DNA from: Chiloscyllium plagiosum
Lineage: Eukaryota
NCBI RefSeq assembly: GCF_004010195.1
Contig: NC_057719.1
Location: forward strand, 29,756,419-29,820,418
Direction: 5' to 3'
DNA length: 64,000 nt
Shown: positions 61,707 to 64,000 of the stretch, one piece after another
Layout of the letters: each line of letters starts with the position of its first letter
How positions within the stretch are numbered: position 1 is the stretch's first letter
Position numbers and translations under genes: made by a program
Notes under the pieces: model-generated
The model's database searches: none
What the model saw: only the letters and a program-made list of their open reading frames with translations
Told to the model about the DNA's origin: nothing

Positions 61707-63229
61707 ATTGGTTAAATTCGAATGGTTGTCAACATAGCAACCAAAACTCAGGTACTTGTTTCACAGCTAAATGTTACATATTTTCAATTTTCCAATACAC
61801 TCTGAGACTGCTAGTCAGTCACATCACAGGTGCCTGCAAGCTCTCAGTGCAAAACAGCTTTCACTCTCTCTTAAAGGTATAGTATACACCTTCAACTTCA
61901 TAACCACCTTGCCCCTGAAGAAAAAACCATCATAATGAAAAGGTGGGTTCATTTTTTTTTCTAATTCTTATCCCCATTATAGTGAAATGCATAGGACATT
62001 AAGCTAAGTTCATATTAATTTCTGCACATATATCAGTTTATGCTCCAGGATATTAAACCCAATCCATTTTGAATTCACTGTTTTGCTAACATCGAACTAA
62101 TGAGATGATCCGATATTTGGGGTATAAAGAATCAGGTATTTTGAGAGTTAGTCAGAAAGTAACTGCCATTGAGAGACTGCCACTCAAAACACTTTCTATC
62201 AAAGGTACCTTTTCCATATGAAACATCTTTGCAGCAAAAGACCGAAGATGACCCAGGTAACTGAAAGAAGACAAACATTGACAACAACATCAGCTGGCTG
62301 ATTTTGAAATTCAGTTGATATAATTTTAATACAGGCTTTTATTGGAATAGAACACTGTTATAGAGTTAGAGATAGATAACAAATCTTTAAGAGAAAGGAG
62401 GCTTAGAGTTGTAAATAATAGTTGTTTAATGTTCACATTTAGGATTAAAGAATAAATTGATACTTTTTCTTTAAATAGTGGAATTTGAGAGTTCTGTCAC
62501 TCATACTTTAACAGATTACAAGGGGAGGTGAGCCCTTCTGGGTGTTTGGTTTCATTAGCTGAAGGATTCATCACTGTTGTAACACATGTGAAAACTCCAG
62601 GTCTTATACTCAATGAAGTTTAGAAGGATGAGGGCAGATCTAATTGAAACATACAGAATACTGAATGGCTTGAACAGAGTTGATGTTGGGAAGATGTTTC
62701 CATTAGTAGGGAAGACTAGTACCCAAGGGCACAGCCTTAGAATAATGAGATGATCTTTCAGAATGGAGATAAGGAGAAACGTCTTCAGCCAGAGAGTGGA
62801 GAATCTATGGAATTCATTGTCACAGAAGGATATGGAGGCCAAGTCGTTGAGTATATTTTAGACTGAAATAGACAGGGTCTTGAGTATCAAGGGGATTAAG
62901 GATTATGGGGAGAAAGCAGGAGAATGAGGTTGAGAAACCTATCAGCCATGATTGAATGGCAGGGCAAACTTGATGGGCTGAATGGCCTAATTTCTGCTCC
63001 TATGTCTTATGGTCTTAGGCCAGCCTAGTTCAAGATTGCTACTTGGATTAAACCACTCTCGTTTGTAAAGAATGCCCTGGACTGTAGGAAGAAGACAAAT
63101 GACTTTTTCCACTTTGCCAGCATTTTCTCTAAGATACCTCAAACTTATTCTATCTGTGACACTATACCCACCCTCCACCAAGGCTTATGCTCTCCCTATC
63201 TCACTTCTGACCTCATTCACCCACCACCA

Positions 63230-63630
63230 TCACTTGATTGGCACTGCATATACAAACATTCACTTGTTCCACCATTGATATTGTGTACCATCTACAAGAC
63301 ATACTGCAAAATTTACCAAGTTTCGTTGGACAGCATCTTTCAAACCCACAACCACTAACATCTGGAGCAATAGGCATCAAATACATGGGGAGTAGCACCA
63401 CTTGCAAGTTCTCAGCTAAGCCATTCACCATCCTGGCTTGAAAATATATCATCATTCCTTCAGTGTTGCTGGGTCAAAGTCCTGTTACTGCCTCCCTAAT
63501 GGCATTGTGGTTGTACCTACAGCAAATGGACTGCAGTGGTTCAAGAAAGCACCTCACCACCACCTTAGTGAAGGCAGCTAGAGATGGGAAATAAATATTG
63601 GCCCAGACAACAATGCCCACATCCCATTAA
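63230..63630 (+). mobile_element. Old LINE 3' end (same family as 13550-14118)
   Basis: GCTGGGTCAAAGTCCTG...GGTTCAAGAAAGCACCTCACCACCACC...GGGAAATAAAT. Confidence 0.65.
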
Positions 63631-64000
63631 TTGAAAACTAACTCTCATCTCTTTGTGTTGCCTAATAATTGACTCTGGACACCTCCCACCTACACCAACA
63701 GTAACAGCTATACCACACAAATTTATCTTTCTTTAATACTTGCCTCTTTCTCAGTCCAAGAAAAATTGGCTACAACAAGGTAGAAAAACTGAAGAAGGGT
63801 AAAAACAATGACTGTAGATGCTGGAGATTCCCCTGGCCTCGGAATCTACTCAGACGCCATTAGCATGCGGCTGATGCTGCTGCCACCCCCACGCTGATTG
63901 ATGATGTCACTTCCCCCCCCATCATGGCAACTCCCACAACCACTTCCACCCCTCACAATTCCTCATGCAACACATGTGACATCACTTCCGCCCTTCACAT

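Larger units (their letters stand above)
54965..62584 (+). mobile_element. Decayed Gmr1-like Ty3/gypsy LTR retrotransposon (gag-INT-RT-RNaseH) with nested insertions
   Basis: 5' LTR 54965-55719 (TGTTATG...GTAACA), PBS at 55723, gag CFHCGKLGHVKSQC, integrase EPFKRVIIDCVGP...YHPESQG...FSGPY, then [31 protein letters not shown], RNase H STIEKEIL...TDH...NVIADALS; rearranged 3' LTR ends 62584; TSD CATA/CATG. Confidence 0.9.
51800..63015 (+). mobile_element. CR1 LINE ORF2 (51800-53039, 53736-54964, about 62589-63015) hosting a hammerhead element, a solo LTR and a Gmr1-like LTR element
   Basis: [31 protein letters not shown]; sequence resumes after 62588 with YSMKFRRMRADLIETY and the CR1 3' UTR. 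Confidence 0.85.

Overview
Vertebrate genomic DNA from a cartilaginous fish (HE1/V-SINEs with (AATCT)n tails and dense CR1 LINEs suggest a shark). The only host gene I can support is the 5' half of LRRC9 on the minus strand. It has five coding exons with clean GT-AG sites and consistent phases (30089-30033, 23214-22996, 17139-16999, 7740-7677, 5391-5321), plus a candidate CpG-rich non-coding first exon/promoter at about 42.6-42.75 kb. The rest is mostly nested transposable elements: many CR1 LINEs, SINEs, a pogo-type DNA transposon, a Gmr1-like Ty3/gypsy element (integrase before RT), solo LTRs and a decayed retrovirus-like provirus with a ~1.5 kb LTR. The most notable hidden signal is 13 minimal type I hammerhead ribozyme motifs (CUGANGA...GAAA-palindromic stem III-UH) in three sequence families. 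They are carried by Penelope-like (GIY-YIG) elements and by ~100-160 bp non-coding TSD-flanked copies, most of which start exactly at the ribozyme. Five look catalytically intact, and several insertions are inverted (fold-back) structures. All calls come from reading the sequence by eye; no searches were run, and repeat boundaries are approximate unless a TSD is given.
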